From Ranitomeya imitator (taxonomy: Eukaryota), in NCBI RefSeq assembly GCF_032444005.1, contig NC_091286.1:621984001-622048000 (forward strand): a stretch of DNA of 64,000 bases, read 5' to 3'. The notes below the pieces were generated by a model. That model was not told the DNA's origin. It made no database searches and saw only the letters and a program-made list of their open reading frames with translations. Position numbers and translations under genes: made by a program. Of the stretch, positions 33,481 to 46,417 are shown piece after piece (positions within the stretch are counted from its first letter, which is position 1; each line of letters begins with the position of its first letter).

Positions 33481-34212
33481 ACTTCAAATGTGAGGTGGTC
33501 CCTAAAAAAAATGGTTTTGTAAATTTCGTTGTAAAAATGACAAATCGCTGGTCAAATTTTAACCCTTATAACTTCCTAACAAAAAAAAATGTTGTTTCCA
33601 AAATTGTGCTGATGTAAAGTAAACATGTGGGAAATGTTATTTATTAACTATTTTGTGTCACATATCTCTCTGGTTTAACAGAATAATTCAAAATGTGAAA
33701 ATTGCGAAATTTTCAAAATTTTCGCCAAATTTCCGTGTTTATCACAAATAAATGCAGAATTTATTGACCTAAATTTACCACTAACATGAAGCCCAATATG
33801 TCACGAAAAAACAATCTCAGAACCGCTAGGATCCGTTGAAGCGTTCCTGAGTTATTACCTCATAAAGGGACACTGGTCAGAATTGCAAAAAACGGCAAGG
33901 TCTTTAAGGTCAAAATAGGCTGGGTCATGAAGGGGTTAAAATCACTAAAATGTGGTCTCAGCCCCAGATTTTACATTTTCACAAGGAAAAAAAAAAAAAA
34001 AAAAAAAGGGTAAAAATGACCATAAGATTTGTTACTCAATTTCTCATGAAAGTGGCAATACCCCATATGTGGCTGGCTGTACAGTACTGTTCTGCCACAC
34101 GGCGTGACTCTCAGAACAAAATTTATGTAGCATAGTTTCCAGACTCCATATACAAAGCCTCAAAGTATCAGGAGAGCAGAATCCACCTCAATTGACCCCA
34201 ATTTGGAAATTA

Positions 34213-35867
34213 AAGTCGGTTCAGAAAGTATTCACACCCCTTTAAATTTTTCACTTCGCTTCATTGCAGCCATTTGGTAAATTCAAAAAAAAAAAAAAAA
34301 AAAAAAAAAGGTTAATTTTTCTTATTAATGTACACCTGACCCCATTTTGACAAAAAAAAAAAAAAAAAAAAACAACAAATGTAGAAGTTTTTGCAAATTG
34401 ATTAAAAAAGAAAAACTGAAATATCGCATGGTCATAAGTATTCAGACCCTTTGCTCAGTATTGAGTAGAACCTTTTGAGCTAATACAGCCATGAGTCTTC
34501 TTGGGAATGATGCAACAAGTTTTTCACACCTGGATTTGGGGATCCTCTGCCATTCTTCCTTGCAGATCCTCTCCAGTTCCGTCAGGTTGGATGGTGAACG
34601 TTGGTGGACAGTCATTTTCAGGTCTCTCCAGAGATGCTCAATTGGGTTTAGGTCAGGGCTCTGGCTGGGCCGGTCAAGAATGGTCACAGTTGTTCTGAAG
34701 CCACTCCTTTGTTATTTTAGCTGTGTGCTTAGGGTCATTGTCTTGTTGGAAGGTGAACCTTTGGCCAAGTTTGAGGTCCAGAGTAATCTGGAAGAGAGTT
34801 TCATCCAAGATATCTCTGTACTTGGCCGCATTCATGTGTCCTTCAATGGCAACTAGTCGTCCTGTCGCTGCAGCTGAAAAACACCCCCATAGCATGATGC
34901 TGCCACCACCATGTTTCACTGTTGGGATTGTGTTGGGCAGGTGATGAGCAGTGCCTGGTTTTCTCCACACATACCGCTTAGAATTATCACCAGAAAGGTC
35001 TATCTTCGTCTCATCAGACCAGAGAATCTTATTTCTCATAGTCTGGGAGTCCTTCCTGTGATTTTTAGCAAACTATGCGGGCTTTCATATGTCTTGCACT
35101 GAGGAGTGGCTTCCGTCATGCCACGCTGCCATAAAGGCCCGACTGGTGGAGAATTGCAGTGATAGTTGACTTAATGGAACTTTCTCCAATCTCCCTACTG
35201 CATCTCTGGAGCTCAGCCACAGGGATCTTGGGGTTCTTCTTTACCTCTCTCACCAAGGTTCTTCTCCTATGATTGCTCAGTTTGGCTGGACAGCCTGGTA
35301 TAGGAAGACTTCTGGTGGTCCCAAACGTCTTCCATTTAAGGATTATGGAGGGCACTGTGCTCTTAGGAACCTTGAACACTGCAGAAATTCTGTTGTAACC
35401 TTGGCCAGATCTGTGCCTTGCCACAATTCGGTCTCTGAGCTCCTTGGCCAGTTCCTTTGACCCCATGATTCTCATTTGGTCTGACATGCTCTGTGAGCTG
35501 TGAGGTCTTGTATAGACAGGTGTGTGCCTTTCCAAATCAAGTCCTATCAGTTTAATTAAACACAGCTGGCCTCCAATGAAGGAGCAGAACCATCTCAAGG
35601 AGGATCACAAGGAAATGGACAGCATGTGACTTAAATATGAGTGTCTGAGTAAAGGGTCTGAATATTTATGACCATGTGATATTTCAGTTTCTTTTTTATT
35701 AAAATTTGCAAAAATTCCTACATTTTTTTTTCCAGTCAAGATTGGGTGCAGACTGCACATTAATGAGGAAAAAAAAAAAAAAAGTGAACTTTTTTGAACT
35801 TGCCAAATGGCTGCAATGAAAAAAAGTGAAAAATTTAAAGGGGTCTGAATACTTTCTGTACCCACTG
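34213..35867 (-). mobile_element. Degenerate Tc1-family transposon
   Basis: Right end GTCTGAATACTTTCTGTACCCACTG-TA and a mutated left end TA-AAGTCGGTTCAGAAAGTATTCAC; long TIRs. Confidence 0.9.
34442..35466 (-). pseudogene. Tc1 transposase pseudogene
   Basis: MGSKELAKELRDRIV, WSDETKIDL, VKHGGG, QQDNDPKH and [11 protein letters not shown] in three frames with stops. Confidence 0.92.
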
Positions 35868-36829
35868 TATATATTTGTGCCTAACATACAGAGGAAATGT
35901 GTCATCGTTATCCCTTTTAGGAGACAATTTCATCATCAACTTGCTTAACTGTTCACAATAACAGCAATTTTGACCAGGGGTGCCCAAACTTACATGCCAC
36001 TGTATTTAAATAGGCGAGTTTGATCCCAAACTTGTATAAAAACAATAGACTAGCCCTTTACAAACCAGGCACTAATGACACGATGGGACAGAGGGACACC
36101 AATAGGACCGATCTACAGAATTTCGGAAGGTGGCTTCCTTAGTGGTCAGTGTTAATTGCATCATTATGGGAAGGTCTGCATTCATGACGCCACACATCAG
36201 GCACATCTCTGCGAGACAGTCTAGATTTTCTGATCACAGAGTCAGGTATCTTTTGGGTCAGTTAGCGGTCACTGCAAAAGTGTCCTATTTGGTCCTAATA
36301 TCTATCCAAAATGACAGGTATGCTTATCGACAGTGAATTATTCATACAAAACTTTCTATTCACGCCTTCTACTTCTTCCAAATTCTGCAGTTTTTAAAGA
36401 TAAAAATCAACTTTGAAAATGTTTTTCACAGATTTTATCTAAGCTTTGAAGTTTGGATAAAAGCAAATATCAGGCCATCCTTCAGCTAGGTGCTTTTAAA
36501 ACACCACTGTCATGAGAGGATGTACAGTATACTGTGTAGGCATCCAACTGAAAAGGACAACAGCTGCTCAGCCAATCAGGATCATTCTGAGTATTCCTAG
36601 TACTGCTGATTGGATGAGAGGAGCTGACATCCAGGCCTGTCCTCACAAGGTTTCTATCTTCAGATTATACACTGTTCTCACATCCAACTGAAAAGATCTG
36701 AACACGAAAAGCAGGATACCGAAAAATGCCTAGCACTCCTCTGTTTTTAGTAAAAATACAGTGTTAGCACTTAGTAACAGCCACCATCTTCTGGCGACAA
36801 ATCAAACTTTGATTGATTAGAAAATATTA

Positions 36830-36990
36830 TTATTATTATTTTTATTATTATTATTATGTCATTTATTCCATGGCACTTTACATGTGAGGAGGGGTATACA
36901 TAAAAACAAGTACAATAATCTTGAACAATACAAGTCATAACTGGTACAGGAGGAGAGAGGACCCTGCCCGCGAGGGCTCACAATCTACAA
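36830..36990 (-). mobile_element. L2-like LINE/SINE 3' tail fragment
   Basis: Reverse complement of the 43590-43696 family, ending in (AAT)n. Confidence 0.6.
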
Positions 36991-37405
36991 TCTAATACTT
37001 ACAGATATTATTGTGAAGACTTACACAATTCGGGTATGTTGATGTCAGGTTGGGTTTTTATTAGCTTTTTGTCATCTTCATAATGTACAAACGATATGGT
37101 CATGGCAATGCAAGCAGGCTCTCCTACAAGTCTGTCCGTTTCATCTAGTTTTACCCAAGTTTAAGACAATATTAACAAATATGTCTTTGTGAAATAGTGG
37201 AGCCAAACAAACTTTCATAAACATCAACAGAAAATGTAACAAGTGGCATCAGAGAACTAAACTTTTCGGTACAAAGGCTGATGGGATTTATACATACTCG
37301 AGTTCTTTAAAGTGGTTGTCCGGCTTTCGGGCGCAAGTCCTCAGTGACCATGTGCGATATATAGATATATAGATATATAGATATACATATACATATACAC
37401 ACACA

Positions 37406-37687
37406 CTAGATTGTGGCCCGATTCTAACGCATCGGGTATTCTAGAATATGCATGTCCCCGTAATATATGGACAATGATGATTCCAGAATTCACGGCAGAC
37501 TGTGCCCGTCGCTGATTGGTCGAGGCAACCTTTATGACATCATCGTCGCCATGGCAACCATTATGACATCTACGTCGATACTGTGCCCGTTGCTGATTGG
37601 TCAAGGCCGCCAGGCCTCGACCAATCAGAGATGCGGGATTTCCAGGACAGACAGACGGAAAAACCCTTAGACAATTATATATATAGA
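37406..37687 (-). mobile_element. Short Helitron-like non-autonomous element H1
   Basis: Minus strand starts TCTATATATATAATTGTCTAAGGG and ends with hairpin CCCGAT-GCGTTAGA-ATCGGG followed by CTAG. Confidence 0.7.
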
Positions 37688-38362
37688 TGGTGGCCCGAAC
37701 AATCAGTGAAGCCAGGGCCAGCTGCTGGTTTTTGAGGGCCCCAGGCAAAAGAGTCTCGCAGCCCACGCAGTATATAGCGCAGCCCACCCAGTATATTGCA
37801 CAGCCCACCCAGTATATTGCACAGCCCACCCAGTATATTGCACAGCCCACCCAGTATATTGCACAGCCCACCCAGTATATTGCACAGCCCACGTAGTACA
37901 TAGCAGCCATGTAGTATATAATGCAGCCCACGCAGTATAGCGCAATGTGGGCACTATATGCGTGGTTAAAAAAAAAGACTAAAATAAAAAACAAACATAT
38001 ACTCACCTTCCGAAGGCCTCTTGAAGTCCTGGAGCCTGTGTGCGGTGCACGCGGCAGCTTCTGGTCGCAGGGTTGGTATGAGCGCAGGACCTGTGATAAC
38101 GTCACGGTCACATGACCGTGACATCATGGAAGGTCCTTCTCGCATAACATCCTTGGCACCGGAACCTGCCGCTTGCACTGCCGAGGACAGCGCGACACGA
38201 AGGGTGAGAATAACTTTTTTTTTTTTTTTAATTATTTGTAACATTAGATTTTTTTTACTGTTGATGCTGCATACGCAGCATCAATAGTAAAAAGTTGGTC
38301 ACACAGGGTTAATAGCTGCATTAATGGAGTGCGTTAAACCGTGGCATAACACGGTCCATTAA

Positions 38363-40819
38363 CCCCTTTACCCCCAAGGGTGGTTTGCATGTTATGGACC
38401 GGGCTAATTTTTACAATTCTGCCCTGTCCCTTTATGAGGTTATAACTCTGGAACGCTTCAACAGATCCCGGTGATTCTCTCGAGACATATTGTACTTCAT
38501 GATAGTGGTAAAAATTCTTTGATATTACCTGCGTTTATTTGTGAAAAAAACGGAAATTTGGCGAAAATTTAGAAAATTTTGCAATTTTCCAACTTTGAAT
38601 TTTTATGCAATTAAATCACAGAGATATGTCACACAAAATACTTAATAAGTAACATTTCCCACATGTCTACTTTACATCAGCACAATTTTGGAACCAAAAA
38701 TTTTTTTTTGTTAGGGAGTTAAGGGTTAAAAGTTGACCAGCAATTTCTCATTTCTACAACACCATTTTTTTTTTTTAGGGACCACATCTCATTTGAAGTC
38801 ATTTTGAGGGGTCTATATGATAGAAAATACCCAAGTGTGACACCATTCTAAAAACTGCACCCCTCAAGGTGCTCAAAACCACATTCAAGAAGTTTATTAA
38901 CCCTTCTGGTGCTTCACAGGAATTTTTGGAATGTTTAAATAAAAATGAACATTTAACTTTTTTTTCACAAAAAATTTACTTCAGCTCCAATTTGTTTTAT
39001 TTTACCAAGGGTAACAGGAGAAATTGGACCCCAAAAGTTGTTGTCCAATTTGTCCTGAGAACGCTAATACCCCATATGTGGGGGTAAACCCCTGTTTGGG
39101 CGCATGGCAGAGCTCGGAAGGGAAGGAGCGCCGTTTTACTTTTTCAACGCAGAATTGGCTGGAATTGAGATCGGACGCCATGTCGCGTTTGGAGAGCCAC
39201 TGATGTGTCTAAACAATGGAAACCCCCCAATTATAACTGAAACCCCAATCCAAACATACCCCTAACCCTAATCCCAATGGTAACCCTAACCACACCTCTA
39301 ACCCAGACACACCCCTAACCCTAATCCCAACCCTATTCCCAACCGTAAATGTAATCCAAACCCTAACCCTAACTTTAGCCCCAACCCTAACTGTAGCCCC
39401 AACCCTAACTGTAGCCTTAACCCTAACTGTAGCCTTAACCCTAGCCCCAACCCTAGCCCTAACCCTAACGGGAGAATGGAAATAAATACATTTTTTAAAT
39501 TTTTCCCTAACTAAAGGGGTGATGAAAGGGGGTTTGATTTACTTTTATAGAGGGTTTTTTTAGCGGATTTTTATGATTGGCAGCCGTCACACACTAAAAG
39601 ATGCTTTTTATTGCAAAAAATATTTTTTGCGTTACCACATTTTGAGAGCTATAATTTTTCCATATTTTGGTCCACAGAGTCATGTGAGGTCTTGTTTTTT
39701 GCAGGACGAGTTGACGTTTTTATTGGTAATATTTTCGGGCACGTGACATTTTTTGATCGCTTTTTATTCCGATTTTTTTGAGGCAGAATGACCAAAAACC
39801 AGCTATTCATGAATTTCTTTTGGGGGAGGCGTTTATACCGTTCCGCGTTTGGTAAAATTGATAAAGCAGTTTTATTCTTCGGGTCAGTACGATTACAGCG
39901 ATACCTCATTTATATCATTTTTTTATGTTTTGGCGCTTTTATACGATAAAAACTATTTTATAGAAGAAATAATTATTTTTGCATCGCTTTATTCTCAGGA
40001 CTATAACTTTTTTATTTTTTTTGCTGATGCTGTATAGCGACTCGTTTTTTGCGGGACAAGATGACGTTTTCAGCGGTACCATGGTTATTTATATCTGTCT
40101 TTTTGATCACGTGTTATTCCACTTTTTGTTCGGCGGTATGATAATAAAGCGTTTTTTGCCTCGTTTTTTTTTTTTCTTACGGTGTTTACTGAAGGGGGTA
40201 ACTAGTGGGCCAGTTTTATAGGTCAGGCTGTTACAGACGTGGCGATACTAAATATGTGTACTTTTATTGTTTGTTTTTTTTATTATTTAGATTAAAAAAA
40301 AAAAAAAAATTATTCCTTAACACACATTTGGAAAATTTTCTTTTACTTTTCTACTTTGGGGGGGGGGGGGGGGGGTTGGACATCACAGATCGATGATCTG
40401 ACGGTGTGCACAGCAGTCTGTCAGATCACCGATCTGACTTGCAGCACTGCAGGCTTCACAGTGCCTGCTCTGAGCAGGTTCTTTGAGGCCACCTCCCTCC
40501 CTGCAGGACCCGGATGCCGCGGCAGGGAGGGAGGTAGGCAGACCCTTGCAGCAACGCGATCACATCGCGTTGCTGCGGGGGGGCTCAGGGAAGCCCGCAG
40601 GGAGCCCCCTCCCTGCTCCCTGTACCGCCGGCACATCGCGATCATGTTTGATCACGGTGTGCCGGGGCCGGTCCGTGACCGCTCCTGGCACATAGGCAGC
40701 TGACACCCGGCCGCGATCCCCCCGTGAGCGCGGCCGATCACGATGGACGTACTATTCCGTCCTTGGGAATTAGGGCCCACCCCACATGGACGGAATAGTA
40801 CGTCCAATGTCAAAAGGGG
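38363..40819 (-). mobile_element. piggyBac-type non-autonomous element 2 (related to 24023-33935, opposite orientation)
   Basis: TTAA TSD; CCCCTTT...AAAGGGG ends; homologous ~390-bp-unit sequence and telomere-like array. Confidence 0.8.
39259..39468 (-). repeat. Telomere-like (CCCTAA)n degenerate array
   Basis: CCCTAA, CCCTAG and CCCAA hexamer variants. Confidence 0.85.
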
Positions 40820-41116
40820 TTAACGCTGCCTATAACGCTGTGTGAGGGCTGACTGGAGGGGAGTATGGAGCAGGCACTGACTGAGGGAAGGAAGGAGCGG
40901 CCATTTTGCCGCCGGACTGTGCCCGTCGCTGATTGGTCGTGGCAAAACGCCCACGACCATTGACACAACCAATCAGTGACTTGGATTTCCATGACAGACA
41001 GAGGCCGCGACCAATGAATATCCGTGACAGAGAGACGGAAGTGACCATTAGACTATTATATAGTAGACTAGATGGTGGCCCAATTCTAACGCATCGGGTA
41101 TTCTAGAATATGTATG

Positions 41117-42309
41117 TGCAGCGCCCCAGAGTCCTGGTCATTGCAGTAATGTCGCTCTGCCACTAAGGGGAGTGATGTTATGTCTGATTGCACTAAAGGA
41201 GTTCACCTGACCAGGTATCACAGTCACACATTACACTTCACACTCCACACTCCGGCCACCAGGGGAAGCAAAAGGCACTATGCATTAGGCCACACATCAG
41301 ACTGGTAAAACTGGGGGTTGGATAGGAAGTGAGAACAGAACGCAGCCTGGGAGAGCTCCAGGGAGGACCTGTCAGGGGTGGGTTCCTGGCAGGTACCTAG
41401 CAGAAAGGACAGATCGTTACGGAGCCGCGCCTGCACTACCTTGCGGCGGCATCCTAAGGAAGGACACGAAGCAAAGGATATTGTGGAGAAGTGAGAAACT
41501 AAATTGCAGCACAAGGAGATAACCAGTAGGAGTCGGTGCCCCGAGATCGGCAACATCCTACTGAGGCGCGTAGCCGGAACGCCGAGGAAGTAACAGACTT
41601 CAAGCATTACTTTAAACAGAGGCAGGACAGTTGATTATAGGTTGGCTGTCCACCTTAAATCACCTAAGCAGGCATAGGGGGCAAACGTGGAGAGGGGCGT
41701 CTCTAGGGTCCCAGAATAGCTCCGAGCCTACCCGTCATATGGGTGCATCCTAGCCAGATAAACTTGGGGGACGGAGAAGAGAAAGAACAAATACGAAAGT
41801 TGTGAGGACTATCCCGAATGCTTAGCAGGGAAGGACTACAACACACAGGCGCTAGTTGGTAGGCACTGATTTCCACCTGCAAAGGGAACTCTGGATGTGC
41901 CTTCGGACCGGCCGGTCTCAGACAGCCTGTTAGCAGTGCTCTGGATTGCGGATCCCGAAGTCTTCAGTAAAAAGGTAAAGAGACTGCAACCCTGTGTCCT
42001 CGTTATTAACTGCGCCTCACACCATCGCCACCTACACTACTGGGAAGCCCTGGGGACATACTTCACCTGTGGGAAGGTATACCATCTAGCTGCCATTCCA
42101 TCACCCCAGCGGACCCCTAAGCAGCGTCGGTCACCCTGACCGAATACCACAGGTGGCGTCACGAACCCTTGACAAACTTTCATCACCCCTTTTATTGGAC
42201 GCCCCTTAGCAGGGTCACGGATGGGGTCCAGCCACCGTGACAACCTCAGAACTGAGACAGAGAGGACCGGTACAGAGTACCCCGCGGCACTGCGTCTGGG
42301 GGCGCTCCA
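41117..42309 (+). mobile_element. Solo-LTR-like element (copy 2)
   Basis: TGCAGCGCCCC...GGGGGCGCTCCA; about 1.19 kb; aligns with copies 1 and 3; TSD not clean. Confidence 0.75.
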
Positions 42310-42406
42310 ACTGTATGTATGTACGTACGTACGTATATAGCAGCCACATAGTATATAGCACAGGCCACGTAGTATATAGGAGTACTATGTGGCCTGTGGT
42401 ATATAC

Positions 42407-42589
42407 CAGAGGTGTTAAACTGCATTCCTCGAGGGCTGCAAACAGGTCATGTTTTCAGGATTTCCTTGTGTTGCACAGGTGATAATTTAATCACCTGCAC
42501 AGAATGATTCCATCACCTGTGCAATACTAAGGAAATCCTGAAAACATGACCTGTTTGCAGCCCTTGAGGAATGCAGTTTGACACCTCTG
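42407..42589. mobile_element. hAT-type palindromic MITE
   Basis: CAGAGGTGTTAAACTGC...GCAGTTTGACACCTCTG; perfect 8-bp TSD GTATATAC. Confidence 0.92.
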
Positions 42590-43589
42590 GTATATACCAT
42601 GTGGCTGTTATATACATACATATTGTAGAATACCCGATGCGTTAATATAGGCCACACAGTAAATAACACAGCCCACGCAGTATATAGCAGCCACATAGTA
42701 TATAACACAGCCCACGTAGTATCTAACAGTGGCCACATAGTATATAGCACGCAGTATAGAACACAGCCACGTAGTATATAGCAGCAATATAGTATAACAG
42801 CCCACGCAGTATAGAACACAGCCCACATTGTATAGAACACAGCCCACATTGTATCGAACACTGGCCAGGTAGTATATAGCAGTCACGCGGTATCTAACAC
42901 AGCCCACGTAGTATACAGTAGTGTGGGCACCATATCCCTGTTAAAAAAAATAAATAACTACATACCGTACTCACCCGCCGGCGGGATCCAGCGAACCTCT
43001 GGCGATGCGCGCGCGGCTGCCACCATCTTTCGTTCCCAGGATGCATTGCGAAATTACCCAGATCACTTAGCGGTCTCCCGAGACAGCTAAGTCTTCTGGG
43101 TAATTTCGCAATGCATCTCTAGGAAGGGAAGCTGGCAGCAGCTGCGAGCGCATCGTCGGACTACAGAAGGTGAGAATAGCAGGTTTTTTGTTTTATTATT
43201 TTTAACATTAGATCTTTTTAGTATTGATGCTGCATAGGCAGTAAAAACTTGGTCACACAGGGTTAATAGCGGTGTTAACGGAGTGAGTTACCCGCGGCAT
43301 AACGCGGTCCGTTACTGCTGGCATTAACCCTATGTGAGCGGTGACTGAAGGGGAGTATGGAGCGGGCGCTGACTGCAGGGAGTATTGAGCGGGCGCCGGG
43401 CACTGACTGCAGGGGAGTAGGGAGGGACTAATCGGACTGTGGCCGCCGCTGATTGTCATGGCTGCCGCGACCAGGCAGCTGGCGAGACCAATCAGCGACT
43501 TGGATTTCCATGACAGAGGCCGCGACCAATGAATATCCATGACAGACAGACAGACGGAAGTGACCCTTAGACAAATATATATATATATA

Positions 43590-43692
43590 ACTTGTATTGT
43601 TTAAGATTATTGTACTTGTTTTTATTATGTATACCCCTCCTCACATGTAAAGCGCCATGGAATAAATGGCGCTATAACAATAAATAATAATA

Positions 43693-43696
<4 letters not shown>
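43590..43696 (+). mobile_element. L2-like LINE/SINE 3' tail
   Basis: Stem-loop AGCGCCAT-GGAATAA-ATGGCGCT followed by an (AAT)n tail. Confidence 0.65.
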
Positions 43697-43737
<41 letters not shown>

Positions 43738-43755
43738 CATATATATATATTATAT

Positions 43756-46332
43756 TTAGCTGAAGAGCCCAGCGTTGCCTGGGCATAGTAAATATCCATG
43801 GTTAGTTATAGCACCTCACATCTCTCATTTTCCCACCTCACACCTCTTTTACCTCGCACCTCTTTCTCCTCAGTATATACATGTTTGTCATCTCCCTTAT
43901 ATATATTATACAACTGTGTCATCTCCTGTATATACCAGTGTGTCATCTCCCCTGTATCATCTCCTCCTGTATATAATATATACCTTTGTGTCATCTCCTC
44001 CTGTATTAGACCTCGTTCACATGTTATTTGGTCAGTATTTTTACCTCCGTATTTGTAAGCTAAATTGGCAGCCTGATAAATCCCCAGCCAACAGGAAGCC
44101 CTCCTCCCTGGCAGTATATATTAGCTCACACATACACATAATAGACAGGTCATGTGACTGACAGCTGGCGTATTTCCTATATGGTACATTTGTTGCTCTT
44201 GTAGTTTGTCTGCTTATTAAATCAGATTTTTATTTTTTAAAGGATAATACTAGACTTGTGTGTGTTTTAGGGCAAGTTTCATGTGTCAAGTTGTGTGTGT
44301 TGAATTTTGTGTGACGACATGCGTGTAGCAACTTTTTGTGTGTCGAGTTGCATGTGACAGGTTAGTGTAGCAAGTTGTGTGCAGCAACTTTTGCGCATGG
44401 CGAGTTTTATGTGCAGCGCCCCAGGGTCCTGGTCGTTGCAGTAATATTCTCCTCTGGGGGGGGGGGGGGAAGAGTGGTGTTACGTTTGGAGGCAAAGAAG
44501 GACAACTGAATCCAGGTATCACAAACATGTAACACATGTAACACTCCAGGCCACCAGGGGGAGCTCTGCTCCTATTTATTAGGGCACTCCTCACAGTTAG
44601 GTAAAACTGGTGATCTGGAAAGGAAGTTAGTTAGTTGCTGGCTGAGCTTCGCTCAGGTAATTGGTCCCTGACAGGGGTGGGAGCCTGTCAGAGGCCGAGA
44701 CAGAAGGACACAGTGCCTGCCCTAAGTGCTGCAGCTTCCAGAAAGACACTGAAAGAGAACTGTATTGTAGAGAGGGTGAAGAAGTTGTAGCAAAGGAGTG
44801 GATACCAGGAGGAGTTCTGCCCTACATAGGTTGCCTCCTTCTGAGGTGCAGGATCCCAGTAGCCGGAACACCGAGGGAGCAGCAGTCCTTTATGCCTTGC
44901 ACCAGAGACTGGCAGGACAGCTAATTTCACGTTACCTGTCCGCCCCTATACCCAGGAGGCAAGGTGGCACCCCTTAGAGGCTGGGGCATGATAGAGTCCC
45001 TGTAAAACACCTCAAGCCACCGGTCATACGGGTTTCTCCTATCCATCTGGGGGGATAGAGACATAACATCTGTAACACCTTCAACTGTTGTGAGGACTTT
45101 ATGAGAAGCTTAGCAGTAAGGGACTGCAAACACCACGGCGCTAGAGGAAGGCTACTGATTTCTACCTGGACAAGGGGACTCTGGACTTGCCTCCAAACCG
45201 GCCGGACTCTGCCAGCCCTGTGGTCTGGTGCTCTGGACTGTGGATGCTGAAGCCTTCAGTAAAAGGTAAAGAGACTACAACCTTGTGTCCTCGTTCTTCT
45301 CTGCACCTCTCACCATCCACCACCTACACACCGGGAAGCCCTGGGGATATACTTCACCTGTGGGAAGGTATACCATCTAGCTGCCATAACATCACTCAAC
45401 AGACCCTTTAGCAGCGTCGGTCACCCTGACCAAATACCACGGGTGGCATCACGAGCACAAACTTTATCCCTTTAAAGACCTTTCCCCTTTTAAACGGACG
45501 TCCCAGGGCCACAGACCGGGTCAGCCACCGTGACATCCCCCTGTGAACCGCAGGACCCGGTACCGAGTACCCCACGGCGGCGCTCAATATGTGTGCTGCG
45601 TTTTGAGTAAGTGCAAGTTTTGTGTGAGGCAACTTTTAAATGTGTTGCAACTTTTATGCATGTGGCAATTTTTCTGCGGGTGCAACTTTTGCGTGTGGCG
45701 AGTTTTCCATGAGGTGAGTTTTGCATGTGTGGCAAGTTTTGCGTGAGTCTAGTTTTGCATGTGTGGCAAGTTTTGCGTGAGTCTAGTTTTGCAGGTGTGG
45801 CGAGTTTTGCACGGTGACTTTTGTGTTTCGACTTTTATGTGGCCAGGTTGGTGTATGTGTGGTGAAATGTGTGCTGAGGGTGGTATATGTGTTCATGCAC
45901 GTGGTAGTGTGCGCATTTTGTGTGTGTTCATATCCCTGTGTGGTGAGTATCCCATGTCGGGGCCTCACCTTAGCAACTGTACGGTATAAACTCTTTGGTG
46001 CCATCGCTCTCATTCTTTAAGTCCCCCTTGTTCCCATCTGGCAGCTGTCAATTTGCCTCCAACACTTTTCCCTTTCACTTTTTCCTCCATTATGTAGATA
46101 GGGGAAAAATGGTTTGGTGAAGTGGAAAGCGCAGGGTTAAAATTTTGCCTCACAACATAACCTATGACGCTCTCGGGGTCCAGATGTGTGACTGCAAAAT
46201 TTTGTGGCTTATTAGATATATCCTATATCTAATATGTTATAATTGAGTTAGTATTCATGTTACAAATTCTACATGCTGGTTTTTTTCTATATGTTATGCA
46301 AAATTTTGTGGCTGTAGCTGCGACGGACACAC

Positions 46333-46382
<50 letters not shown>

Positions 46383-46417
46383 CATACACACACACACATT
46401 CAGCTTTATTTATTAGA
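43756..46417 (-). mobile_element. Second Helitron-like family, interrupted by solo LTR copy 3
   Basis: Minus strand starts TCTAATAAATAAAGCTGAATG and ends with hairpin CCCAG-GCAACG-CTGGG then CTAA (CTRR); internal GT-rich degenerate repeats. Confidence 0.6.
44412..45586 (+). mobile_element. Solo-LTR-like element (copy 3)
   Basis: TGCAGCGCCCCAGGGTCCTGGTCG...GGCGGCGCTCA; preceded by TATG and followed by ATATG. Confidence 0.75.

Larger units (their letters stand above)
24023..33935 (+). mobile_element. piggyBac-type non-autonomous element (about 3.5 kb without its nested insertions)
   Basis: TTAA on both sides; ends CCCCTTCCCGACC and GGTCATGAAGGGG; no transposase; internal minisatellite, telomere-like array and ~390-bp units. 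Confidence 0.75.
37684..41067 (-). mobile_element. Helitron-like element H2 with a 21-bp minisatellite (about 37760-37940), interrupted by a piggyBac-type element
   Basis: Same terminal motifs as H1; sequence rejoins across TTAA at 38359 and 40820; repeat unit CAGCCCACCCAGTATATTGCA. Confidence 0.65.
41068..43590 (-). mobile_element. Helitron-like element H3, head-to-tail with H2, containing a solo LTR, a hAT MITE and a ~21-bp minisatellite
   Basis: CTAGATGGTGGCCCAATTCTAACGCATCGGG at 41068; GTGACCCTTAGACAAATATATA at about 43560-43590. Confidence 0.65.

Noticed and set aside
37341-38111. 256-aa ORF with (CAIYWVG)n
   Set aside because: Translation of the 21-bp minisatellite inside the Helitron-like element.
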